NCBI RefSeq assembly: GCF_009834535.1
Contig: NC_045697.1
Coordinates: 7,814,001 to 7,878,000 of the forward strand
Source of the DNA: Camelus ferus
Taxonomy: Eukaryota
Reading direction: 5' to 3'
Length of the DNA: 64,000 nt
In this document: positions 12,848 through 26,026 of the stretch, piece after piece
Numbering within the stretch: position 1 is the first letter of the stretch
Layout: every line of letters starts with the position of its first letter
Made by a program: the position numbers and the translations under genes
Notes under the pieces: model-generated
Database searches by the model: none
The model's input: the letters and a program-made list of their open reading frames with translations, nothing else
What the model was told of the DNA's origin: nothing

Positions 12848-14161
12848 AAGAAATAGAATTGCACGTTTTCCCCTCAGTTCCACTCAGTCAGGTAATGGAT
12901 ACGTCAAAATGATGACATCAGCTTGGATGAGATACTGCTCAGCCCTTTTAGTGGAGGTAATCATAAAAACGTCCGTTCCCTTTCTCTCTCTTTCACTCTC
13001 ATTTCTTTCTTCATCCCAAACTTAATCAAATGGAGTCAACAAGAGCTGTCCAACATGCAGTCAACAAGAGAGCAGTTACAGATTAGACCAGGCATAGGAA
13101 TGAAAACGTAGATTTAAACATCACAACCTATATTTAACTTTCTCTGTAAGAAAGGGGAAATAAACCCTGACTTAAAAGGAAAATCAATAATACAATTAAA
13201 CAGGATCTCATTATCTTGCCTTTTTAATTAGTCTAATGCTTCTCAATTGTTCTCTAATTTGGATACTTATTGCTGTACTTCGATATGTATAGAAAACATG
13301 ATTTGGTAGAATTCATTTATATGCACCAAAAAATCACATCCGATGCTTTTCCTTATCAAACTATACCTGTTCCCAACACAGGACCTCAAACACATTCAGT
13401 TATTAAGAAAGCAGTGATTGTCAGTAGTGTGATTTCCTCCCAAAGACATTTTGTTTAAATAAGAAAATCCATGGGAAGTGGCTTTGTTCCTATGGGCAAT
13501 TGGTTTGAAGTTTAAAATGTCAGATATTGGCAAGAACTCTGGTAATTCTGCAAGTTGGGAAAGTAAAGCAAAATAGATGTTGACTTTTCATTTCCCACAG
13601 AAGACCTAGTATTATTTAGTAATCCTCAGTCCTCTGGCTCCCGTTTCTTAAGTGACAAGCTTGCCAGCTGGGGTGGAGATCACAAGGAACACAACTATCA
13701 CAGCACAGGAAGTCTTTCAATCTAGTCAAGACTAAAAATAGGAGTCCTCTCTGTTTTCTCATCCAGTCCTTTATTTAAAGGAAAACCCTAGGAAGAAAGT
13801 GCAAAATTCACTCATTCCTCTGAAACAACAATGGAGCAATATTCTATTTCATTTTGGTGTCCCTTCAAGTGACTGTCCGAACAGTTGGATCTTGTTTTAG
13901 AAATATGGTATATGGAGTCGCTAAAAGTTGGAAATATGAATTCTAGTGACAAACCAGCACATGCCTAAGTGAGGAAGACATTTTAAAAGGGTTCTATAAA
14001 ATACGACAACTGTGGAATATTAAAAGAATTTATGTTTAAGTCTAGGAACAAGAAGTCTCGAATAGGGTGGGTTGGTTGCCTTCAAATGTCTGAAACGATG
14101 GCTCATTGCATTATTAAAAACAGGAAAAGGAAGAATTTTTTGCCATACTTCACTGGCTTAA

Positions 14162-14265
14162 TTTTTTTAATTAAAAAAATTTTATTGAAGTACAGTCCAT
14201 TACAATGTGCCAATTTCTGGTGTACAGCACAATGTCCCAGTCATGCATATACACACATACATATA
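14162..14265 (-). mobile_element. Young L1 3' end fragment
   Basis: TTTTATTGAAGTACAGTCCATTACAATGTGCCAATTTCTGGTGTACAGCACAATG.. is the reverse complement of the same L1 terminus. Confidence 0.85.
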
Positions 14266-15558
14266 AGAAGAATTTCTGATATTGCCCCAGAAGCCAATTT
14301 GGGATAGGTGTATAGAAAGTATAATGAAGGTAATTTATAATAATTAGAATAATCCAGTACAGAAATTGTCTGCCATATGAAAAGCATTTCCTTTATTCCC
14401 TGGAGACATTCAAGACAAGGCTAGAAGGCCAACCTATTCATTAAATTCCCTTCAACGAGGGCTGTTCTCTCCTGGAGCACAGGGAAGATATGATGTATGA
14501 TAACTGCCTTTTTATTCATTTCCATGCCCTCTACCTGAATGCAAAATAATAACCTAAATATTTGAAATGAAAAGCAAAAGTCAAGTGAAATACAAATGTA
14601 GTAAATCTCTCCTGTGTTATAGAATCACCCTCGTATATAGAAAGGAATACTAAACTGGGTCAGAGGTTGAACTAAGTTTCTGTTTCCCAAACTTGTTCCA
14701 AGGCAAACTGTAACCATATGAAAGCTTGTCGGGTGTTGCACAAAACAGAGAAACAAAAAGCATCCTGTGCTCAAACCAGATTTGGAAAGTAGGTGAAGTG
14801 AAGATAAGAATAAAGAATTTCTTGATTGCAGAAATCTTGAAAGCCTTTAACATGTAAAGGAAAATCTGAATCATTAAAAGGGGGTTTAGAAAGGCAATTT
14901 TACCAAATAACTTTTAAAAAGGTTTTTTCTTTCTTTTTTTTTTTCCTTGAGGGACACCTTTAAAAAGTGATCAGCTTCTAGTTCCATACCATAAAATTTT
15001 GGAAGTGATGGATGAGTTCAAAGAGTGATGTTTATCCTGACATATGAGGATATATGTGGTCAGATAGTGACCAAATTCATCTCTAAGTGGGGATAGGGGT
15101 GGAACTTTTAATTTCAGGAGGAAACACTGGTGAAGAGAGTTCACCTATAACAACATAAGTTATTTGTCCCTGGAAATGTGTACACAGCCAGAAATCAAGT
15201 ATAAAATTGCAAGATTCAAATGCCAAGAACACTGGAAATGGAACCATATATGGCACAGGGCAAAGATGGAGATTCAACTAATGAGGTGAAGCCTTGACAG
15301 CAGAACCAAAGATAAAGAACGGAGACACATTGCCAAGAAAAGCTAGAAAGATCTGTGTTTTGTTGTTATGGGCCCAGTGATGACATTTTACAAGGCTGAA
15401 AGTACTGAATGGTCATGGTGGAGGAGGCGATGGTCAGAATCAGAGAGCCCTAATCACAGTCAATTTGTAGCCCCATCCAAGTCTAGGAATTATTGAAATG
15501 TTTTAGTATCAGATCACTTTCAGTGAAGAAGCAAAGCAGGACTCCGCTCTTGAAAACG

Positions 15559-15998
15559 TGTGTGTTTTAGGCCAGGTTCTCCAGAAAACATACTCCAACA
15601 TGGAGATCTGTGGGCAGGGGTTTTATTGGGACATACTCTATGCATCCAGGCCTGTGGGGAATGAAGGGTATAATACTGCAAAGAAAGGAAATTTCTACCT
15701 TAGCCCCCTTTCCCTCAGAGACAAATGAAGAACCCAGCTAGTTCTACAGCCCCCCCAGAACTCAAGAGTAGATATGGCCCTTCAGAGATTCCCCATATTC
15801 AGACACAAAGTCATCCTTTTATACCTTTTCACTGACCAGTTTTGGGAATGGGCCACCTGCAGGAACAGGTGTGACACTGGGTGAAGTGGCTGTTTTTAAC
15901 GGAGAGTAAGTCTTGGAAATCAACACACCCAACAGCTCAGTAAATGTGCCCGATTCTTGAAGGAAGTTTCTGAGCGAGGCATCAATGCACCCACTAGA
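15559..15998 (-). mobile_element. ERVL LTR16-like solo LTR
   Basis: TGTGTTTTAGGCCAGGTTCTCCAGAAAACA..GGAGATCTGTGGGCAGGGGTTTTATTGGGA and GATATGGCCCTTCAGAGATT resemble antisense LTR16; ends CACCCACTAGA. Confidence 0.65.
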
Positions 15999-16519
15999 CT
16001 TTGTCAGTGTGCACATTATGGAAACTAAATTTCAGAGAGAAAGACAGTCATTTTTAGTTATTTTATTGCATGTAAGTAACCAGCAAATACAGAGAAGTGG
16101 TCATATATGAAAGCAATTCCAAGAAACACAAAACTACATGCTATTCTAGGGAAGAAACCCAAGTTTTCTGGGCTCAGTTGTCTCCCCATCCTTGTTCTAA
16201 TTTAAAAAATTAAAAGATTCCTCTGCTATCTAGTTTTTATAAAATGCACTATATTTTTCAAAATTGAAAGGACCTTGAGTGTTGATGTCAGAAAATTATT
16301 GACACGTTCTCATAGGTGCGCTACATTAAGCTATCACTATATGTCCCTTAGGCTGTAACTACAGAGAGCTATTACCTGTGTATAGCAATGAAACTTGATG
16401 TACAAGAAAGTAAAAAGTAATTAAACAGTTATATGTAAAACTGAATTGGTAATAATCAGACAAGGTTATAAATTAATTATAAACGTTTACAGTGAAATAT
16501 AATGGAGGAGCAAACATTG

Positions 16520-17425
16520 AGAAAAGCAGTGGATTAAAAATCCAAAGCTATAGGTTCCAGGCTCTTTTGATGCATCTTTTTGGACAACTCAATCCAATTT
16601 GATAAGGTTCAGTTCTTCATCTGAAATTAGACAAATAATCCTTACACAGCAAGGATTCTAGTTGCAGGGTTTGTTAGAAAGTGGCTAATAAAATAATATT
16701 AATAAAAAAGCTTTCATTGAGCACTGCTTTTGCCTGAGCTTTTCATGTATACTCTCGTTAAATACTATTTTAATGTTGAGGAAATGGAGATTAGAAATTA
16801 AGTTTAGCATAATTGTTAAAGGCGTGAGACTTAGAGACACACAGTCAGGTCCAAATTCTGTCTCTGCTTCATAGTTTTATGCCCTTGAGTGAGTGATGGA
16901 GACTCTCTGTGTGTAAGTTTCCACCTCTATGGAAATCATAATGCCATCCACCAGGGTATTTACAGGTATTAAAGTGGGTAATGGGAGCAAATGCCTAGAA
17001 CAGTGGCTGTTAACTATGGGATCGACAAACATTAGCTAAATATAAGTTAAATAAATAAATACAGTGTGACTTGTCTAATGTCATGATGTTATATAGGTAA
17101 AAGATCAAGAAGCTGGAAGCCCAATTACAGAATCTGCATGCCTCAAACATTCTAAACATCACATAACTATACATTGTTATTAAATGTGAAGGGCTTATAA
17201 AGGAGACTGAAGCAAAGAAACTCCGTAACATTGAAAATGGGTCCCTGACCTCTCAGGTGCTGGTTACAACTGTGAAATCTTAATGTGTGACTTCAGTTTG
17301 TGAATCCATATTGTGGAAATAATTAAAGACCTGTTTCCATCTTTAAGAATGAATTAAATGAGAGACTGCGTGCAAAGTTCTGTCCATCGTTACTGATTAA
17401 TAAGAGTAATCACACTTATCATTAT
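16520..17425. mobile_element. Cluster of MIR fragments (about 16520-16680 +, 16700-16800 -, 16825-17045 +, 17290-17425 +)
   Basis: MIR core motifs: TCAGTTCTTCATCTG, GGTCCAAATTCTGTCTCTGC..GCCCTTGAG..GTTTCCACCTCTATGG, GCAAATGCCTAGAACAGTGGCTG, GAATTAAATGAGA. Confidence 0.6.
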
Positions 17426-19544
17426 GAGATGCTCTGTTATTCTTGGCAAGGCACTGGGGCCAGGGCAGCTTCTGGAAGGCTTTGCAGATTCATTACCTAA
17501 GAAGAAAGAGAATTGATTGCCATACCACTTTCTGAGGTTGTTTTATTTTGTTTTGTTTTGTTTTCATTGATTCTCACAGCAACACTGCAAACTAACTACT
17601 TGCCATTTTGGTTGGTCAAAAATGGTCAAGTAGTTTCATATGGTCCAAAGTAATCTATAACTCCATCGCAGGGAAGGAAATAGTCCGGGTGGATCAAAGT
17701 AGCCTCTGTGCACTCACATTAGTAGACGGTGGTGGAGGCAAGAATAGCCCAGTTATGCCTGCTTCAAAACACATATTCTTTTCATTTTCCTTCTCAAAAG
17801 CACAATTAACACCTTCAGGTTCGGAAGCGTAACAGTCACGAACTTTCTTTGTTCCAGGTACAGCTGATATTAAAATGCTATTGCACAATAAAGAATAACG
17901 ACTGGAAAATAACGTTTTTTTCTTCTAGTTTAAATGTCACGGCATACAGTTATCCCATTCCTGTTTTTCTAGCCTCGATGCACTTGAGATGGGCACTTTA
18001 CATTCTCAAGTTAAACTGTATCGTTTGACAGCGTATTGAACGTTCAGAGAAAGGCTGAGGAGGCAAAGTCTGAACCTGGCCTTCCCACACATCTCTCAGA
18101 GCAGTAAGAAATGGAAGCTTCGTCATTGGTTTTCAGTAGGTCCGGCTACATCACAAAACCACCATCCCTGAGTTTGGTTGGAATTTCTCAGCCTGCATTG
18201 TGTAAGTGACTGTACTGAGCATCATACTGTTTGTGGGGAAATCTCCCATCTTTATGTTCTTCTGCGTGTCTGCCTGATCGTCTGAGACACGAATAGCATG
18301 CTGTGCCTGCTGGGGAAATTTTCCAAGGCTACTGAGAAGATAAATGGTAGAACACAAAATGAACCAGGCTCATTACAGTCTCAAAAAAAAAAGGGTAAAT
18401 TGGTCTTCAGAAATGATATAATAGCATTGACGTTTTTAATACTTTCTCATTCAATTGTGGCATTGTATATCAAGATTTTTATAACGTGCAATACAAACAC
18501 TTAAGGATGTTTGAAATAATGTATGATGCTTAATATTTTTAACTACATCTCCCCTGGAATCTGCACCCTTCAAGAAAGACAATTGTTTTTTTTTTTAAAG
18601 CAATGCTGACTAAAAGTGAACAGAACAATCACATTCAAAGAAGAATAACAGTCATTCATTTACTTTGCAGTAGCTGTGTTTTCAATCTGTACCATAACAG
18701 CCCTAATGTCACTTGATCAACTGTGAAAATGCCCCAATTTCTAAGAACTGGTAAAGGCAGACTGCTGATTTGATGCCTTAAATATCTGATGACTGCTAGC
18801 TGAAGGGAAGATTGATTTTTTTCAGAACCAAATACAGTCAATTTCTTGCTAGTGACTCATTTAGAGAAGCGGCTTCTAAACAAAATTCCATGACCTGCAA
18901 TGAGCATTCTCAGGGTTTCACATCTTTGGCATCAATGTGATGGGTTGCTAATTCACTCACTGAGATGGGTATTTTATGTGTGGTAGTCACAGATCATCAA
19001 GTGTGAGTCCTACATAGATGAAATCTATTATTCACAGGAGGCCAAGGCACTCGAAGTATGCATTTGCAGGGCAGGCTGAGCTGAAACATGAGCAGAGAAA
19101 AAGAATCCACACTTAAGTCTCCAGTTTCATAAAAAATACACGTAGCCTGTTGGCTCAGAGCATGACATAACTGAGATGCCTACGTGCACTGAGTGGTTCA
19201 GATGTTTAGGGTCACTGGCCTTCCCTTCTGGGAGCTGAGCAAAGCAATACAATGTACTCAAGACACTAGGAGCTAATGGTAGTCTTTACATCATTCAAAG
19301 ATAACTTGAGAACTGGTTTATCAATATAAAGATAAGTAAATATATTTATTAAAACATAGAATAGTGTAGAAAGTCTCACTTTAAAATATTAGATAGAATT
19401 TGAGACTCTAAGGAAATGGACAAGACTATAAGGATAAGATAGTCATAATGGTTTTGGTTAACGCATTCAGAAAAACAAGCTCAAAACTCTATCTACTTCT
19501 TACTCTCACCTTTCATCAGTCTTTGCAACTCTGTGATTCCAGAC

Positions 19545-19720
19545 ACAGTATGAACTGGGTTCACCAAACTGGTGGTTTTCAATTCCAATCCTGCATCCTG
19601 CTAGCTGTGTGTTGTTAGACAAGATACTTAAAATCTTTGATCCCTTTGACCATAAATTAGACTATCACAGGTTCATTGACATAGATTGTCATTAAATGAG
19701 AAAAAAAGAAGAGAGCACTT
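19545..19720 (+). mobile_element. MIR SINE fragment
   Basis: ATCCTGC..CTAGCTGTGTGTTGTTAGACAAGATACTTAA..CACAGG..ATTAAATGAG. Confidence 0.6.
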
Positions 19721-20978
19721 GACAAAGGGTCAAAGCCAGAAATGATCAAGTGATAACCCTGACCTCCAATCCAGGTTCCTGGTAGACTCTCTTACTTTGG
19801 CATATTGGAAAAAAAAAAAAGTGTGCCTCTTTTCCTATTTGTCTACATAACTTCATTGAAGAATCCAACACTTCCTTTTTGTTACATCTCCCTGCCAAGC
19901 CTGCCAAAGTTCGGCAGACTATGGAACCTCACCTCACCTGTCTCCTGGCCACACCCACTATCCCAGCTTCACGCAACGGGAGCTCCGCCTCTCACCAACC
20001 AGCCTTGTGCTGTATGAGTCCCACCAAGCAGTGAATGTGTTGGGCTAACTTCAGTATCTGTCACCCAAATATAGTCAGAGTTTATCATGACATGGAAGGA
20101 AGAGAGCATTCTAGACTGACTGAGGGAAATAAATAAGGACATAATGGTGATGAGTATTGTTGGCCTGGGAAAGGTGGAAGGATTTCATGAGATATTCTGG
20201 AAAGTATGGGGAAAAAGAAATAAAGACACTAACCTGGTGATTTAATTAAAGCAATAGTTAAGTGCTAGTCAAATAGATTAAAATGATAAAGTGTACTTTT
20301 GTTGGCTCGAAATCTCAAGGTCACTAAATTTGAATGAGGGCAGCTTTACAAAGTGTCAGAGATAAAAGAAGAGGCCAAACACACACTTTTACTTTTTTGC
20401 CCTCACTGTCTCCCTGTCCTTATCAAACGTGATCCACACTGTGGTACCAGCTCAGCCTTTCATCCCGCTCCCAGCTGGTAGCTGACCCTTCCTTAAGTTA
20501 CCACAGACTGCTTGAACTTTCTTGAGGAAATCTAGGTCATTTAGATGTGTGGCCTGCTTTTTATATAAAAAAATACAGCAAGAGAAAAATCTTATAATTT
20601 TAAAGATTACAAAATGCCTCTGCTTACACTCTCTGCAAGCTCTGGAACATGGGTCTTTTGAAGTAAAAGTGAAACAGAAGACAAGGAAAACATTGCTTCC
20701 TTTAGTTGAGCAATTGGCCATGTTTATTCATTCTTCACCAACGTCAGTATCAGGAATTGGGGTAAGTATCCTGATGGGACTTTAGGTCATCCCAAATATT
20801 TCAGGGATAGAGAGGAAACTGTGTTGTGATAAGTCCTCTGATTTAGATGCTCTCAGGCTGGTTTGAGGGAAAGAAGATTACCAAAAATTCTAGAAGCAGG
20901 CAAAGGAGTAAAGGTTCCTAGACAACCACGTATGTAAACTAGCATCCAAAACTAAGAATGAATTTGTTTTACAGGGCG

Positions 20979-21478
20979 TGATAGGTGGGCTGGATAATTG
21001 TCCACCCACTCTAACTATGCCCATGCCCTAATCCTGGGAACCTGAATGCTACCTTATATGGCTAAAGGGACTTTGTGGATGTGTTTCAGTTAAGGATCTT
21101 GAGATGCGAAGATCATCCTGGGGGATCTGGGTTGGCCTGATCTAATCACAACTGTCTTTAAAAGGGCAACCCAGGAGGAGTCAGCATTAGACAAGAAGGC
21201 AAGGTGATAATGGGAGCAGAGATTAGAGTGATGCTTTTGGAAGATGGAGGAGAGAACCACAAGCCAAGGCATACGTGCAACTACTAGAAGGTGAAAAAGA
21301 CATGTGAACAGATCCTCCCCTCAGAATCCAGAAGAAACCAGCCTTGGTGACATGCGTTTGTCCAGATAAGACTGATTTCAGACTTCTGACTTCCAGAATC
21401 ATGAATAAATAAATGTGTGTTGTTTTAAGCCACTGAGTGTGTGGTGATTTTTTATAGGAGCAAGAGAAAACCAATACA
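20979..21478 (+). mobile_element. MLT1D-like MaLR solo LTR, full length
   Basis: TG..CA termini; CCCTAATCCTGGGAACCTGAATGCTACCTTATATGGCTAAAGGGACTTTGTGGATGTG..GTTAAGGATCTTGAGATG; 3' AATAAATGTGTGTTGTTTTAAGCCACTGAGTGTGTGGTGA..AAACCAATACA. Confidence 0.9.
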
Positions 21479-22299
21479 GAGTGGTGATGACAACTCTCTC
21501 TAATGAGATGCTTAGGTAAATACAGATTATAACGGGCTACTTTTGGAAGTGAGCATTATTTTTTGTAATAATTGCTGAACATCTCTATTTTAGTAATATT
21601 TAACTTGCATACCAGGTTGTTTAAAAACATTTAAGCTCAACATTTGCTTCTTACAAAAGTTCCCTTCTCAAAGGCCACTGAAAATGTAAACAGTTTGCAT
21701 TTACTATGACATTTCATTTTTTGAAGGCAAAGAAAATATTGTAAGTTCAGGAAGATGACAATAGACAGAGTGTATAAGAAATTTCTATAAATTTTTTTCT
21801 ATTGCTTCCAACTCTACTTCTCAAGTATGAATGAACTCTACCTCTCTAGGGAAGAATTTAAGAATTAAAAGGATGACATAAATTTAAACTCTTCCAGCAG
21901 TGCAAAAATTACACCAACACAGTGTTATTTCTGATCATTACTAAAAAAAGAGTAAGTTGTCATCTCACTCTCTAAACCACATCTATTCATGAGTCCCTCA
22001 TACAAATCCAAAAGCACATCTTGCCATCATGTTAAATTCAACTCCTAAACAGGAACGTATTGAAATCTAATGGAGAAGTCAGCTAGCTGCTTTCAAACTG
22101 GAGAATGCATGGTGTTCTACTTTATGTTACAAGATGGATTTCAGAAGTGTTGATCCTCAGTTGGAACCCCTTTTCCTTTCACTTGAGGGCCCTGAAGGGC
22201 CACATGAGCATGTAGAAGTGATGTTAATTTCTCTTGGTTACAAGTTCTTTCCCTACCATTTGTAATCTCTCACTTCACCAAGATGCAAACATGGATTAC

Positions 22300-22700
22300 T
22301 TGGCTTGCTGAATAAAATCTTTGTAGTCTTGACTCTGCCCATAATGCCAACTTCTTCTCATCGTGTTCTCTCCGTCACTCCCAAAGCATGAGACATCTGG
22401 GCAGAGTCCTAAGCAGCGTCAAACTCTCTTTCACCTACTGACCCTTGTACGTGTTGTTTCACATGCTTGCAATGCTCCTCCTCTGGGACCTCACATCACT
22501 GACTCTCACCTTTATTTCCTCACATCAGTTTCACCTTCTAGGAGAAATCTTTCCTTGAGCTTTCTGAAGTAGGACCCAGCTCCTTTCTATGTCACATCCC
22601 CCTGATCATGTCCTTCACAGCAGTAAAAGTTTGAGATGAAGTTTCTACATGGCTACTGGGACAACACAAATTCCTGCACGATGATCCACCCCACTCACTG
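22300..22700 (+). mobile_element. L2 fragment
   Basis: Pyrimidine-rich L2-like segments (GTGTTGTTTCACATGCTTGCAATGCTCCTCC, CACCTTCTAGGAGAAATCTTTCCTTGAGC). Confidence 0.55.
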
Positions 22701-23089
22701 CTCTGTTCATCTCATTTTGAACTCGTCGTCTCCTTAAACATCCTTCCTAAGAACAGAGTGTCCATTGTTGGTTCTAGAGTTGTAGAAAAAAAGGTCTATA
22801 GGTGCTTATTATTTTCCCAGAAGTTTGGTTTGATTTTCCTGTCAAATGAAATAGCAGCAGCATCACCTTTTGTCCCTTACTTATAAAGTACCTTCTGGGC
22901 CACTGGCCTTTTCCTTAGCTCAAGGTCACAAAAAGACAAGCTGATCGTGAAAAACTAACCACCAATAGTTGATTCACTTTCCTAGCAATTCTTATTGACA
23001 CATTTATAGATGCACCATCCGTAAATACTTAAATAAATTAAATAAGTAAACAAACAAACAAATAAATAAATAAATTTTAAAAATAAACA

Positions 23090-23500
23090 CACTATATTTT
23101 CTGCTATTAAATTTAAAAATATATCAATGGTATATTGATGATTTTATAAGAAAATATAAATTTCTTTAATAGAGATGTAATAAAAACCCTGAAGAGGCCA
23201 AAGTTTTGGACAAAATAATCAGTTATTAGAATTCAAACAATTGTTTCCAGAAAGGCTCTGAGTATAGGTAGTTCACATATTTTCTAGAAATAACTAATAA
23301 AATGTGAGTACGTTCATGCTACAGTAAGTTGTTTTAGAGCACAGAAAGTCTTTCCCAGTTATGTTCATGCTATGAAAATTACACAGAAAGCCTTTTCCCA
23401 GTTCATTTTTCTAAACTAGGATAACCCTGATATCAAAAGGTAGTAAAAGTATGACGCATACACAACTGCACGCCAGCCTCAAATGTAAGTAGATGTACAG
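23090..23500 (+). mobile_element. Old L1 ORF2 fragment
   Basis: TTGTTTTAGAGCACAGAAAG..TTCCCAGTTCATTTTTCTAAACTAGGATAACCCTGATATCAAAAG resembles the L1 RT LPNSFYEASITLIPKP region. Confidence 0.55.
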
Positions 23501-24689
23501 ACACAGTCATATATGTGCTCTTGAACTGCCAGCAGTATGTTAGGTAATTATTTTCTACGGGTTCATTTCTACATTTGTAAAATCTAAATTATAACATTTA
23601 TTTCTAAGATTGTAGCTATGAAAAAATACCTGCAATGAAACTGGTACTCGATAATTAAAAATAATTTAACATGCATTCACCTCTGATCTGTGCTTAGTGC
23701 TGTGTGTAGGACAATGTCCCTCCTTCCGGAAGATCATCAGGCAGGGTCCCCTTCAGACAAAGCAGCTGGCCCTTTGCATCAAACCACAGCCTGTCCAGAT
23801 TGGCTGAGAGTGAGAGTTCCTTGACACAAATTTTTATTCTGCTGTTTCCTTGCTTAAAGAGTAAAGGTAAATATGTTCAGTGCATGAAAGTTCATCTGTC
23901 GAGGAGAGGATGACATTAGATTTGCACCAGGCTTATCTTTTCCTGGTTATGCACCTAAAAGTTCTTTGCCAAGAAAGGTCCTGTGGCTGGCAAAAAACAT
24001 TACAAAGCTTGGCATTCAAAATTATGTTCTTCTTAACCTGACTTTGTAGTTTATTTCTAAATCAAGTCCAAGCTCATTTTGAAAGGAAAAACAGTCAAGG
24101 TGAGAGGTTCTGAAAACAGATATGAATGTTGCCTCCTTTTATCCCCTGGCCTTTCTGAAAGTCGAGAATGTAGTTTTGGGGGTTTTATTACACCACTCAT
24201 CACCAGGAAGTTCCGGACGCTAAATTATTTTATGAAAGTCCCTGGGTCATACTCCTAGATAATGTATCATTTTAATAGCCTTCCCTAGCTTTTACCAAAG
24301 TAGTTTTTAGCATTTGCCTTTTCATTTATTTATTCTTGTAGGAGGGAAGGGAGTGGGTGTAGACTGCATAATAGATGATATGTGAAAATTATCCAGTGCA
24401 ATTTAAAGGCAACAGAGGTATCTTTTACAAAGAAAACAGTACATGTACATGTTTACTGAAAATAATTGCTGAAAGAGAAATGAATGCCAGGAATTCCCCT
24501 CAGCATGATCTGTTGTCTTCTTCCATGCACAGCTGGCAGGACAGAGGGTAAAAGACAATGTTATGGTGCATCAACCATGTTAGGTGCCAATCAATGCTCG
24601 AGTGTTTTAGAGATGCGGTTTGTATTTAAACCTTTCATAATCTCTGTGAAGTCCATTGTATCATTATCCATAATTACAGTTGCTTATAT

Positions 24690-25160
24690 TGTGTCTAAGA
24701 GGGAATAAACAATGCATCCCCTTGCTGGAGAAGGTCATTTAGGGGATGTGACAGTTGGTTGACCCGCAAGATGGATGCAGGCAACTGAAGGCTCCCCACC
24801 CCTTACCCTGTCCTTGGAAGGTATATTCCATCCACCATTCATATTACCAGAACCATTTCAAGGATGTAATCTTGGAAGAGGGAAGAGGAAGGTATTGTTG
24901 AGACTAGCTGGATTGAACATGTGACTGAAACCAATTAAGTCCTCTATGTAAACTTTGAGATCCTCTCAGGCAGATTTGGAGATCTCACCTTGCTGCCACC
25001 TAAGACAAGCCTGGTGTCTATGTAAGTTCCCTTGCTGATTAAAACTACTACCTGTCAGTCTAGAGTGGTCTGCCTCTTTCTTCAGTTTCTCCTTGCTCTC
25101 AGTGCATGGGGCCAGTTTCAAATTTCACCCAGGGAACTCCTGAGGTTGGGACTCAACACA
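24690..25160 (+). mobile_element. Solo LTR, probably ERV1 class (family not identified), inserted next to a MIR fragment (24570-24690)
   Basis: TG..CA ends, ~470 bp, TATA-like CTATGTAAAC, poly(A)-signal variant ATTAAA followed by a U5-like pyrimidine tract; higher GC than flanks. Confidence 0.55.
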
Positions 25161-25884
25161 AGTTACATTCCCAAATCTGTGCTGTCCTATAATATATTGT
25201 CTCCTTGACTGGGGGCAAGATTCCCAGGTTCCATCCCATGCAGAATTCCTGAAACAATCCTGACAGTTTAAAGAACTCACATAGACTCATCTTTCCAATT
25301 ATCTTCCCTTACTGGTACCCAAGAAGCAAGCTTCATCCCTGGAATTCCATGGGGTCCACATACTTCTAGATGGAGAACACTGGGGACACCAAAACCAGTG
25401 TGATGAACATTGACAAAAGCTTAGCTGGAATCAAAGTAAAAAAAAAAAAAAAAAAAAACGTCAACAAGAGAATCAAGAAGTACTCTCAAACCAGAGTTGC
25501 AGGAAGCAAATTCCAAATTTAGGATTAGAAGTTAAAAAAAAAAAAAATAACCAAAGAAAAACGAGTAAAAGCAAGTAAAAGCGATTGCATAAACACCTTG
25601 GACTATTATATTATTTAGATCTTACTTTTGTTCTTCCTTAAAGGAATGTATGTCTCTCAATTTGTAAGGCTTAAAAACTGGAAAGGATCATTTAACCTTA
25701 ACAAATATGGTGAATATGGGGGCAGGAGCAGGCCCACAGGACTCCAGATGTTTCCTCGCTCCTGCAGTGATACTCCAGCCCTGATTACCAAGAGTGGCAC
25801 CTTGGTCTTCTGATTTATACTCTGACTCCTGAGTGGCCCAGAGCCCGTCTCTGAAGCTGTACCCTCTACATTAGGATTATTATT

Positions 25885-26026
25885 ATTTTTTAAGATCGGT
25901 TTGGCTTTATTAAACGGTTCATGAATTAGAAGGGCATGCTGATGGGTAGTGCAGACAGAAGGTTTTTATAGGTGGGGGGTGGGCAAGAAAGTGTCAGCAA
26001 AAGAAAATATTTCAAGTCTGGACTCC
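25885..26026 (-). mobile_element. Truncated ERV1-type LTR fragment
   Basis: GGCTTTATTAAACGGTTCATGAATTAG..AAGGTTTTTATAGG: antisense AATAAA and TATAAAA at LTR-like spacing. Confidence 0.45.

Noticed and set aside
17694..17888. ORF with a PPPP motif and a GTGAGT donor-like site on the minus strand
   Set aside because: The sequence reads as a very diverged MIR on the minus strand; no protein similarity.
20522..20785. 87-aa ORF with a GTAAGT donor near 20762
   Set aside because: No recognisable protein, weak acceptor and no partner exons.
25438..25547. Two poly(A) runs suggesting a retrocopy tail
   Set aside because: No TSD, upstream poly(A) signal or recognisable cDNA body found.
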